Made by a program: the position numbers and the translations under genes. Shown in pieces: positions 53,036 through 60,339 of a DNA stretch of 60,339 nucleotides (the first letter of the stretch is position 1; each line of letters opens with the position of its first letter). Under the pieces are notes generated by a model. The model did no database searches, was not told where the DNA came from, and worked only from the letters and a program-made list of their open reading frames with translations. Origin of the DNA: Candidatus Kuenenbacteria bacterium (GTDB lineage: Bacteria; Patescibacteriota; Patescibacteriia; UBA2196; GWA2-42-15); contig JAAZOM010000023.1 of the NCBI GenBank assembly GCA_012797775.1, forward strand, positions 1 through 60,339, written 5' to 3'.

Positions 53036-53186
53036 ATTAGTATTTTTTATTATAATGCAAATCTTCAAACTGGTCAATTTTGTGCTTTCCCTAGACAAAA
53101 ATCCAGTTTTTTGCTAAAGTGATTTCTATCCGCAAAAACCAAAATAAACAATTGCGGCAAACAAAAAACAAACCGTGGAGGCCAGT

Positions 53187-53525
53187 ATGGCAAAGGGAGT
53201 CCCGCCGTTGTTTAAAAAATTGGAACAGGGGATTGCTTTCACCGTCCCGTCAGATATCCACATCGAGCAAGCCAGAGCCGTCCCCAAGGAGGGAGACAAT
53301 ACGCTAGTCAGGCCGCACATCGCCCGGCTGGTCAAGGTTGGTTCGGGCTATCGTTTCGCCACAGCGAAAGACGGTCATTACTCGCCGGCTTTGCAGCGGC
53401 AAATCGTCAGCGGCATTGTCGTCTTTCTCGATAATAGCCTGCTCGGCCGGGAAGTCGAAGTTGACTGGGTCTATACCCACCCCACGACTGAGCGTCAATC
53501 CATCGCCCTGATCGCGGCAGACTGA
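53187..53525 (+). CDS. Hypothetical 112-aa protein (GC-richer ORFan)
   Basis: GGAGG lies 5 nt upstream of ATG 53187 and the gene has its own terminator. No motif recognised. Confidence 0.5.
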   Translation: MAKGVPPLFKKLEQGIAFTVPSDIHIEQARAVPKEGDNTLVRPHIARLVKVGSGYRFATAKDGHYSPALQRQIVSGIVVFLDNSLLGREVEVDWVYTHPTTERQSIALIAAD

Positions 53526-53548
53526 CCCCTCCAGACGCCGATCGCTTC

Positions 53549-53582
53549 AGCGCAACCAAGCTACCAAAGGTTGCGCTTTTTT
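53549..53582 (+). terminator. Rho-independent terminator
   Basis: AGCGCAACC-AAGCTACCAAA-GGTTGCGCT followed by TTTTT. Confidence 0.7.
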
Positions 53583-53622
53583 ATTTGCCAAAATTGCCCG
53601 AATTTTATACAATAAACTCACT

Positions 53623-56493
53623 ATGTTTAACATACCTGATAAAGAAAGAGAAATCTTAAAATTTTGGGCTGAACACAAAATTTTTGAAAAATCGGTGGAC
53701 AAAAAAGCACCGGACTATGTTTTTTATGATGGCCCGCCCTTTGCTACCGGCACCCCTCACTATGGTCATATTGTGGCTAGTATTATGAAGGATGTGGTGC
53801 CGCGCTACTGGACGATGAGGGGCTTTAGGGTAGAACGTCGCTGGGGCTGGGACTGCCATGGCCTGCCGATCGAAAATATCGTGGAAGCAGAAATGGGCAT
53901 CAAGCGCAAAAAAGAAATTGAAGAAATCGGCGTCGACAAATTCAACGAATCTTGTCGTAGCAAGGTTTTGGTCTATGCTGATGAGTGGCGCAAGGTGATT
54001 GAAAGACTTGGCCGCTGGGTGGATATGGACAACGACTACAAGACTATGGATAAAGATTATATGGAATCTATCTGGTGGGTTTTTAAAGAATTGTGGGACA
54101 AGGGTTATATTTATGAAAGCTATAAATCCATGCATATCTGCCCTCGTTGTGAGACCACCCTTTCGCAGTCAGAAATCACCGAGGGGTATAAAGATATTGA
54201 AGATGTCTCTGTTGTGGCCAAATTTGAGTTAGTAAACGAGCCGGGCACCTTTGTTCTCGCCTGGACTACTACACCCTGGACTTTACCGGGCAATGTCGCT
54301 TTGGCCATTGGCGAACACGTTGATTATATTAGAGTCGAATCCGAAGGCGCCAAATATATTTTGGCCAAAAACAATCTGGAAAAAATATTTTCCGGTCGGG
54401 AATATAAAGTTTTAAATGAAGTTAAGGCCGAGGAATTAGTTGGTCTAAAATATCAGCCCCTCTTTAACTACTACCAGAATACTAATTTAGAAAACAAAGA
54501 AAATCTTTATACCATTCAATCGGCTGACTTTGTGACTGTCGAAGACGGCACTGGCGTTGTCCACATTGCTCCAGCTTTTGGCGAGGACGATATGAATCTC
54601 GGCCGAGATAAAAAGTTGCCCTTTATCCAGCATGTTGCTTATGACGGCACTCTCAGGCCAGAGGTTAAAGACCTTTATGGCTTGGAGGTTAAACCCAAAA
54701 ATGATCATACCAGCACTGACCAAAAAATAGTTGATTTTCTTGCCAATAAGGGCTTGGTTTTTACCACGGAAAATTTTATCCACTCTTATCCTCATTGCTG
54801 GCGCTGTGATTCACCTCTTTTAAACTATGCCACTAGCTCATATTTTGTAGATGTCACCAAAATAAAACCACAAGCCTTGGAAACCGCCAAAAATATCAAC
54901 TGGACGCCAGCACATATCAAAGAAGGACGTTTTGGTAATTGGCTGGAAGGTGCCAAAGACTGGTCTATTTCCCGTCAGCGTTTCTGGGGGTCGGTTATAC
55001 CGATCTGGGTTTGTGAGAAGTGTAGCGACAAAAAAGTCATGGGTAGCATCAGAGAACTTGAAGAATTGAGCGGGGAGCACATTGAAGATCTTCACAAACA
55101 CATCATGGATCAAATTAAATTTCCTTGCTCTTGTGGTGGTATTATGAAACGCATCCCCGATGTTTTGGATTGTTGGTTTGAATCTGGCTCCATGCCTTAC
55201 GCCCAACTCCATTATCCCTTTGAGAACAAGGAACAATTCGAAGCCAATTTCCCAGCCCAGTTTATCGCCGAGGGAGCCGACCAGACACGCGCTTGGTTTT
55301 ATTATATGCACATTCTCGCCAACGCCCTCAAGGAAACCAATGCTTTCAGAAATGTGATCGTCAATGGCATTGTTTTGGCTGAGGACGGCAAGAAAATGAG
55401 CAAGAAATTGCGCAACTACCCCGACCCCATGGAGGTAATGGAAAAATATGGTGCCGATGCTGTGCGTTATTATCTCGCTACGGCGCCGGTGATGAAGGCC
55501 GACGACCTTTGTTTTTCAGAGCGTGGGGTTGATGAGGTGGTGAAAAAAGTTATCATGATTCTCCTAAACGTCTTTTCTTTCTATCAGATGTACGCCAAGC
55601 AGGAAAGCAATAATACAAAAATACAAGAACATAAAAAAGAAGAATTAAAAAATATTTTAGATCGCTGGATCGTAGCTAAATTAGAAACCCTCAAGCGTGA
55701 TATTGCCAAAGCTTATGATGAATATGATCTGGTTCGCGCCAGCCGGCCGCTAGGTGAGTTTATTGATGAGCTCTCTACTTGGTATCTGCGCCGCTCACGC
55801 GAGCGTTTCAAGGGTGAAAACGAAACTGACAAAAATGACGCGCTAGACACTTTACGCTATGTACTTTTGACATTGTCCAAGCTCATGGCTCCGGTTACGC
55901 CCTTTATTGCCGAGCACCTTTACCAAGAATTGAAAGGAGACAAAGAATCTGTGCACTTGGAAACTTGGCCAATAGCTAATGAAAAATTGATTGATCAAAA
56001 AGTTTTGGACCAGATGGCTTCTGTTCGTCAAGTGGTTGAGATGGGTCTAGCCAAACGCGCTGAAGCTGGTATTAAAATTCGCCAACCATTGGCAAAACTC
56101 AAAACTCAATCAACAAAACTCAAGATTGAAAAAGAATATTTGGATTTAATCAAAGATGAATTAAATGTCAAAAAAGTTGAACAAATTGATGGCGAGGGAG
56201 AGTTGGCCGTAGAACTAGACACTACTATTACCGATGAGTTGAAAGAAGAGGGGATAGTACGCGAGCTCGTGCGAACCATCAATAATATCCGCAAAGACAT
56301 GAAGCTGACCATCGGCGATAGAGTAAAAATTAATTATTCTAACCACAATCAATTATTGAATAAGGTTTTGGAAAAATATAGTGAAGAATTAAAGAAAAGC
56401 ACCCTAGCCGACAGTCTGGAGAAATCAAGTGAACAGCTGGAAACATTTAAAATTAATGACCTAGAAATAGGATTAAAAATAGAAAAAATATAA
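53623..56493 (+). CDS. ileS: Isoleucine--tRNA ligase
   Basis: PHYGH (HIGH), KMSKKL (KMSKS), WTTTPWTLPGN editing-domain motif. 956 aa. Confidence 0.92.
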   Translation: MFNIPDKEREILKFWAEHKIFEKSVDKKAPDYVFYDGPPFATGTPHYGHIVASIMKDVVPRYWTMRGFRVERRWGWDCHGLPIENIVEAEMGIKRKKEIEEIGVDKFNESCRSKVLVYADEWRKVIERLGRWVDMDNDYKTMDKDYMESIWWVFKELWDKGYIYESYKSMHICPRCETTLSQSEITEGYKDIEDVSVVAKFELVNEPGTFVLAWTTTPWTLPGNVALAIGEHVDYIRVESEGAKYILAKNNLEKIFSGREYKVLNEVKAEELVGLKYQPLFNYYQNTNLENKENLYTIQSADFVTVEDGTGVVHIAPAFGEDDMNLGRDKKLPFIQHVAYDGTLRPEVKDLYGLEVKPKNDHTSTDQKIVDFLANKGLVFTTENFIHSYPHCWRCDSPLLNYATSSYFVDVTKIKPQALETAKNINWTPAHIKEGRFGNWLEGAKDWSISRQRFWGSVIPIWVCEKCSDKKVMGSIRELEELSGEHIEDLHKHIMDQIKFPCSCGGIMKRIPDVLDCWFESGSMPYAQLHYPFENKEQFEANFPAQFIAEGADQTRAWFYYMHILANALKETNAFRNVIVNGIVLAEDGKKMSKKLRNYPDPMEVMEKYGADAVRYYLATAPVMKADDLCFSERGVDEVVKKVIMILLNVFSFYQMYAKQESNNTKIQEHKKEELKNILDRWIVAKLETLKRDIAKAYDEYDLVRASRPLGEFIDELSTWYLRRSRERFKGENETDKNDALDTLRYVLLTLSKLMAPVTPFIAEHLYQELKGDKESVHLETWPIANEKLIDQKVLDQMASVRQVVEMGLAKRAEAGIKIRQPLAKLKTQSTKLKIEKEYLDLIKDELNVKKVEQIDGEGELAVELDTTITDELKEEGIVRELVRTINNIRKDMKLTIGDRVKINYSNHNQLLNKVLEKYSEELKKSTLADSLEKSSEQLETFKINDLEIGLKIEKI

Positions 56494-56507
56494 ATTAATA
56501 TTTGTAT

Positions 56508-57014
56508 ATGAAAATTTTAGGTAGAGAATTTGGTAGAGGTATACCAGAGGGCGAAGCCGAAGAGGCAGCTTCTTTTGGTCGAAGAGAATTTGTCACCCTA
56601 GCAAAGGAAAAAATCAGTGACTTTTTGGCGGCGAATAGGGAAATTATAAAATCTTTATCAGCCAGTGCTTTTTCTAAATTTAGAGAAAGCTTAAGCTTGA
56701 GTTTGGGGGGTCTAATGTTTTTCACGGCCGTTGACGAAGGATTGGGCGCCGAAGCCGACCCCTATGGTATTTTGGCCGAGCTCGAGGCTATGCGTAAAAA
56801 TTCGCCCGCCGAAACCTCCGCTCCGAGCGATCTTGCACCGAAAGAATTGAAAGCAGTAGAAAGAATGCCCAAAGGTCCATCGCCACCTTCTGGTGGGGTA
56901 TCAGGGTTTCGCCCGCTAGGAGAGGCTGATTATGCTCGCTTGCGAGCTGATCGCAAATTCACCAATGCTATTACCGGAGAAGAAAACATAGGAGACATTG
57001 GCGGGGATAAATAA
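56508..57014 (+). CDS. Hypothetical protein (168 aa)
   Basis: ATG 56508 within ORF 56502..57014. One hydrophobic stretch and a Pro/Gly/Ser-rich tail. No motif recognised. Confidence 0.5.
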   Translation: MKILGREFGRGIPEGEAEEAASFGRREFVTLAKEKISDFLAANREIIKSLSASAFSKFRESLSLSLGGLMFFTAVDEGLGAEADPYGILAELEAMRKNSPAETSAPSDLAPKELKAVERMPKGPSPPSGGVSGFRPLGEADYARLRADRKFTNAITGEENIGDIGGDK

Positions 57015-57034
57015 AAATAACTAATTTTAAATAT

Positions 57035-57319
57035 ATGTCAGGAAAAATAGAACAACTCAAAAATATTATCCAAAACCATGCGGGCATTGAGTCGTCAGAC
57101 AAGGAAAAGCTTATTGAGGCGGTAGCCAAACTGAATGACCAAGCCGCTGATTATTTGATTTTTTTGGCTGAAAACAACCCGGAGAATCTCGCGCGCATCA
57201 ACCAGTATTTTAAGGCCAAGTCAGAAGTTTTTGCTACCCAAGACCCGGAAAAAATCAAATCTTTTTTGGATAAACATTATCGGGAACTACTTGACGAGGC
57301 CAGCCAAGAAGAAAACTAA
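57035..57319 (+). CDS. Hypothetical helical protein (94 aa)
   Basis: Compact ORF in the operon with the CarS-like gene. No motif recognised. Confidence 0.5.
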   Translation: MSGKIEQLKNIIQNHAGIESSDKEKLIEAVAKLNDQAADYLIFLAENNPENLARINQYFKAKSEVFATQDPEKIKSFLDKHYRELLDEASQEEN

Positions 57320-57321
57320 TT

Positions 57322-57864
57322 ATGGTTTTGGTATCACAATTGATTTGGCTCTTTTTGCCAGTTGGTATCGCCAATATTTTTGCCTCACTTTCACGGCACA
57401 TCTTGCCCCAATGGATTTATCCCTTGGATTTTAATAAGGAATTTAGAGGCAAAAGAATTTTTGGTGGCCACAAAACAATCCGCGGCTTTATTTTTGGGGT
57501 ATCAGCCGCTTTTTTGTTTTTTATTTTTCAAATATATTTATATAATACTTGCCCAGCCATCAACAATATTAGTCTTATTAACTATAGTGATTCAAGTATT
57601 CTCATTGGATTTATTATGGGGCTGGGCGCGCTTTTGGGCGACGCTCTCAAAAGTTTTTTCAAGCGCCAAATCAATATTCCCCCTGGCCGGCCATGGTTCC
57701 CTTTTGACCAGCTAGACTGGGTAGTCGGCGGCACTCTTTTGAGCTGGCCTTTTGTCAGTGTTTCCAGTTATACAATTATCACCGCCATCGGCTTGGGTTT
57801 ATTATTTCACTTATTATTCAAAGTTATTGGTTATATTTTTAGAGTAGACAAGACGATAATTTAA
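57322..57864 (+). CDS. CDP-archaeol synthase-like (CarS/DUF46 family) membrane protein
   Basis: LPVGIANIFA, FGGHKTIRGFIFG, GDALKSFFKRQINIPPG and PFDQLDWVVG match the CarS-family pattern (from memory). About 5 TM. Confidence 0.65.
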   Translation: MVLVSQLIWLFLPVGIANIFASLSRHILPQWIYPLDFNKEFRGKRIFGGHKTIRGFIFGVSAAFLFFIFQIYLYNTCPAINNISLINYSDSSILIGFIMGLGALLGDALKSFFKRQINIPPGRPWFPFDQLDWVVGGTLLSWPFVSVSSYTIITAIGLGLLFHLLFKVIGYIFRVDKTII

Positions 57865-57972
57865 CAATTTTCAATTTATAATTTTCAAACAATTTTATAA
57901 TGTCTTAATTTTTGAATTGAATAATTAGGACATTGTTTTGAAATTAAAAATTAGAAATTAAAAATTGTTTTT
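57865..57972. repeat. Inverted heptamer-array element, homologous to 51039-51160
   Basis: The left arm CAATTTTCAATTTATAATTTTCAAACAATTTT is complementary in vocabulary to the right arm GAAATTAAAAATTAGAAATTAAAAATTG. It shares a 17-mer with 51059-51075. Confidence 0.65.
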
Positions 57973-58560
57973 GTGTATTACAACCTCACTGCTATTGTTC
58001 TCAAGCGCCAAGATTTTCGTGATGACGATTTGCTAGTTACGGTTTATTCACGCGAACGCGGCAAGCTCACCATCGTCGCTCGCGGCGGCAAAAAAATCTT
58101 GAGTAAATTGGCCGGCCATCTGGAGCCGGTTTCTTTGGTTTTATTAAATATTGCTTCTGGCAAATCAATTGATCAGCTGACGGGTGCTTCCTTGCAAAAA
58201 GGTTATCAAAAAATCAAAGCCGATCTAGCCAGGACCGTCGTCGCCATCTCATTTTTAAAATTATTAGACCAGTTGACCCTAGACAATCATAAAGATGAGC
58301 GCATTTTTGAGTTGGCTGTAAAGTATCTTGACTTTTTGGACAAAAAAGAGGAGGATTATGAAATCGCCAAATTAAGCGCTGGTTTTAAACTCTTGGCGTT
58401 GCTCGGTCTGAATCCGGCTGAAAAAGTAGGTAGCCCCAAAGAGGAAATTAAGTTTATTATCAAAAATAATATCCGAGATATTTATGAAAACAAAAATATC
58501 AAAACAAAAATAAAAGATTTGGAAAAAATATTAAATAGTGAAGTAGGGAATGTGACCTAA
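57973..58560 (+). CDS. recO: DNA repair protein RecO (short form)
   Basis: N-terminal OB-fold segment AIVLKRQDFRDDDLLVTVYSRERGKLTIVARG. GTG start. Confidence 0.75.
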   Translation: MYYNLTAIVLKRQDFRDDDLLVTVYSRERGKLTIVARGGKKILSKLAGHLEPVSLVLLNIASGKSIDQLTGASLQKGYQKIKADLARTVVAISFLKLLDQLTLDNHKDERIFELAVKYLDFLDKKEEDYEIAKLSAGFKLLALLGLNPAEKVGSPKEEIKFIIKNNIRDIYENKNIKTKIKDLEKILNSEVGNVT

Positions 58561-58575
58561 AAGGTAGGAGGCGTT

Positions 58576-58827
58576 ATGACTAAAAGGAGAGGGCGGCGTC
58601 TCGGGTGCAACTCGAGTGTGTTGTTGAGCGAAGATCCGTCCGCGACGGCCGCGCTGGAAGGAATCTTCTTCAACACAGTCAAGTGCCCTTGCTGTGATTT
58701 TTGTTTACGCAAAAGCGACATCGATGGGCAAGTCGCTCATCTGAAGCGCGAGCACCCTCGATATTTAGATGATCGGGAACGAGAAATCCCGGAGACGGAG
58801 CTAGCTTTTGGCTCCAAAGAATCATAA
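58576..58827 (+). CDS. Hypothetical 83-aa protein with a C2H2-like zinc-finger pattern (GC-richer)
   Basis: GGAGG lies 4 nt upstream. CPCCDFC-x11-H-x4-H (CDFCLRKSDIDGQVAHLKREH). Confidence 0.5.
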   Translation: MTKRRGRRLGCNSSVLLSEDPSATAALEGIFFNTVKCPCCDFCLRKSDIDGQVAHLKREHPRYLDDREREIPETELAFGSKES

Positions 58828-58845
58828 TCTCAAAAAGGAGGTATT

Positions 58846-58968
58846 GTGAGTAAAAAGAAAATTTTTTCACTTGTTGTAGCCACCTTGGTCGTGGCCGCTG
58901 CGGTCATCGCCGTCAGACAAGCGGATGAATGTCTGAAGGCGCTGGAGAAAGCGGTCTGGGCAGATTGA
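58846..58968 (+). CDS. 40-aa single-TM peptide
   Basis: AAGGAGG lies 4 nt upstream of the GTG. The sequence is VSKKKIFSLVVATLVVAAAVIAVRQADECLKALEKAVWAD. Hand-translated. Confidence 0.4.
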   Translation: MSKKKIFSLVVATLVVAAAVIAVRQADECLKALEKAVWAD

Positions 58969-58982
58969 AATCTGCTCAGTAC

Positions 58983-59011
58983 AGCACTCACTGGGGGGTG
59001 GGTGCTTTTTT
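58983..59011 (+). terminator. Rho-independent terminator
   Basis: AGCACTCAC-TGGGGG-GTGGGTGCT followed by TTTTT. Confidence 0.7.
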
Positions 59012-59056
59012 ATTTGCTTTTTATTTCAAAAACAGTTAGATTAAAATTAGATATTT

Positions 59057-60214
59057 ATGTTTAAAGTTTTAAAACAATCAAAAAAATCCCGTGCCCGCTT
59101 GGGCCTTTTGAAAACGCCTCATGGAGACATTGAGACGCCTTTTTTTATGCCCATCGCTACCAAGGGCTCGGTCAAAGCGCTGACCCCGGAAGATCTCAAA
59201 AATATCGGGGCGAGTATTATCCTTTCCAATACTTATCATCTTTATTTACAACCCGGTTTGGATGTTTTGAAAAAATTTGGCGGACTGCATAAATTTATGG
59301 GTTGGAACGGCCCGATTCTGACCGATAGTGGCGGTTACCAGGTTTTTAGTTTGAGTAATAAAGTTTATCCTGAGCGGAGTGAAGGATTGCGTGGTCCCTA
59401 TTCTTCCCTTGTTAAAATAAACAAGGCTGGTGTAGAATTTCGTTCTTTCCTCGATGGCTCCAAACATTTATTTACCCCAGAGAGTGTTCAGCAGATCCAA
59501 GATGCCATCGGCTCAGACATAAAAATGGTCCTTGATGTCTGCTCACCTCATCCCTGTGCCAAAAAGCAAGCCGAAATTGATCTAAAGCTGACTCACGATT
59601 GGGCCAAGAGAGCGCTGGAATATCACCGCAGAACGCAAAACACAATTAGCAAAGATCAAAAAAATAAAAATCTTTTGTTTGGCATTATCCAAGGGTCAAC
59701 CTATAAAGACTTAAGATTAAACTCTGCCAAATTTTTATCTGGGCTTGATTTTGACGGCCTGGCTATTGGCGGTTTGGCTGTGGGCGAAGACAATAAAACA
59801 ATGTATCAGGTTTTAGATTATACTATTCCCGAACTGCCAGTTAACAAGCCGCGCTACCTCATGGGTGTGGGTAAACCAGAAAATATTATTGAAGCCATCA
59901 AAAGGGGAGTAGATATGTTTGATTGTGTCATCCCCACGCGCGAAGCGCGACACGGCCGGCTATATACCTTTAAAAATAATAAACTTTTGGGCAATTTTTA
60001 TAATGTTATAAACATTCTCAATTCAAAATATAAAAAAGACACCAAACCATTGGATAAAAGTTGTACTTGCGAGTTGTGTCAAAATTATAGCGCCGGCTAT
60101 TTACATCATCTGTTTAAAGCCGGTGAACCTCTAGCTTTGCGTCTAGCCACCTTGCACAATTTAGCTTTCTATGTTAAATTGATAAATCAAACAAAAAATA
60201 AGGAGCTTGTCTAG
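59057..60214 (+). CDS. tgt: Queuine/guanine tRNA-ribosyltransferase
   Basis: TDSGGYQV, LAIGGLAVGE, the CTCELC zinc site and GVDMFDCV. Confidence 0.92.
   Translation: MFKVLKQSKKSRARLGLLKTPHGDIETPFFMPIATKGSVKALTPEDLKNIGASIILSNTYHLYLQPGLDVLKKFGGLHKFMGWNGPILTDSGGYQVFSLSNKVYPERSEGLRGPYSSLVKINKAGVEFRSFLDGSKHLFTPESVQQIQDAIGSDIKMVLDVCSPHPCAKKQAEIDLKLTHDWAKRALEYHRRTQNTISKDQKNKNLLFGIIQGSTYKDLRLNSAKFLSGLDFDGLAIGGLAVGEDNKTMYQVLDYTIPELPVNKPRYLMGVGKPENIIEAIKRGVDMFDCVIPTREARHGRLYTFKNNKLLGNFYNVINILNSKYKKDTKPLDKSCTCELCQNYSAGYLHHLFKAGEPLALRLATLHNLAFYVKLINQTKNKELV
59357..59410. repeat. GC-hairpin element embedded in frame in tgt
   Basis: TTATCCTGAGCGGAGTGAAGGAT (59365-59387) matches the reverse complement of 39225-39247 at 21 of 23 positions. 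It encodes ..KVYPERSEGLRGPYSS.. Confidence 0.55.
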
Positions 60215-60241
60215 AACAGCATAAACATTTATGCTGATAAC

Positions 60242-60339
60242 ATGGCAAGCAAGTTAATACCAAACAGCAAATTAACCAATAGACAAATAAGTCAGATCAT
60301 AGACCTGTTTGTCCTCGAAGTACCAGCCATTAAGGTGGC
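60242..60339 (+). CDS. 5' end of an ORF resembling the N-terminal HTH of IS1595/IS1016-type transposases (truncated by the window edge)
   Basis: MASKLIPNSKLTNRQISQIIDLFVLEVPAIKV resembles the S.L...Q...I.LFV....A pattern of that family (from memory). It is preceded by a 9-bp palindrome. Confidence 0.3.
   Translation, partial: MASKLIPNSKLTNRQISQIIDLFVLEVPAIKV

Noticed and set aside
53656-55311. Several 100-160-aa minus-strand ORFs inside ileS (53656..54135, 54487..54795, 54838..55311)
   Set aside because: They lie entirely within the strongly supported ileS frame, have no start signals, and have shadow-ORF composition.

Overview
This 60.3-kb chromosomal segment looks like a streamlined, AT-rich Patescibacteria/CPR-type (Parcubacteria-like) genome. 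That assignment is an inference from gene content: tightly packed genes mostly without Shine-Dalgarno sequences, PilM/N/O plus a PilX-like pilus gene, a TraD/VirD4-like ATPase, an [FeFe]-hydrogenase with a NuoF-like partner, lower glycolysis (pgk-eno-gpmI), a thymidylate cluster and an envelope glycosylation locus. I call about 60 protein genes, one tRNA-Glu(CUC), one tRNA-like gene with an aberrant anticodon loop, an L10 leader and many intrinsic terminators. I saw no rRNA and no CRISPR array. The strongest unexplained signal is a family of intergenic elements built from degenerate 7-nt tandem units, arranged as inverted arms around GC-rich hairpin cores. Exact words from these elements recur in frame inside cysS, tgt and a glycosyltransferase gene, which resembles Rickettsia palindromic elements. 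Two glycosyltransferase genes also carry in-frame heptamer arrays that could frameshift by slippage. The second signal is a set of short, visibly G+C-richer ORFan cassettes. Unlike the housekeeping genes, they carry strong GGAGG ribosome-binding sites and their own terminators; the largest is 9428-11356. Other items are two divergent near-consensus promoters driving tiny ORFs next to the odd tRNA, a candidate about 100-nt structured RNA upstream of the rplJ promoter, a 42-aa protein with 13 Cys, an orphan carrier-protein-like gene and a CDP-archaeol-synthase-like gene. All family names come from motif recognition by eye, and no database search was run.
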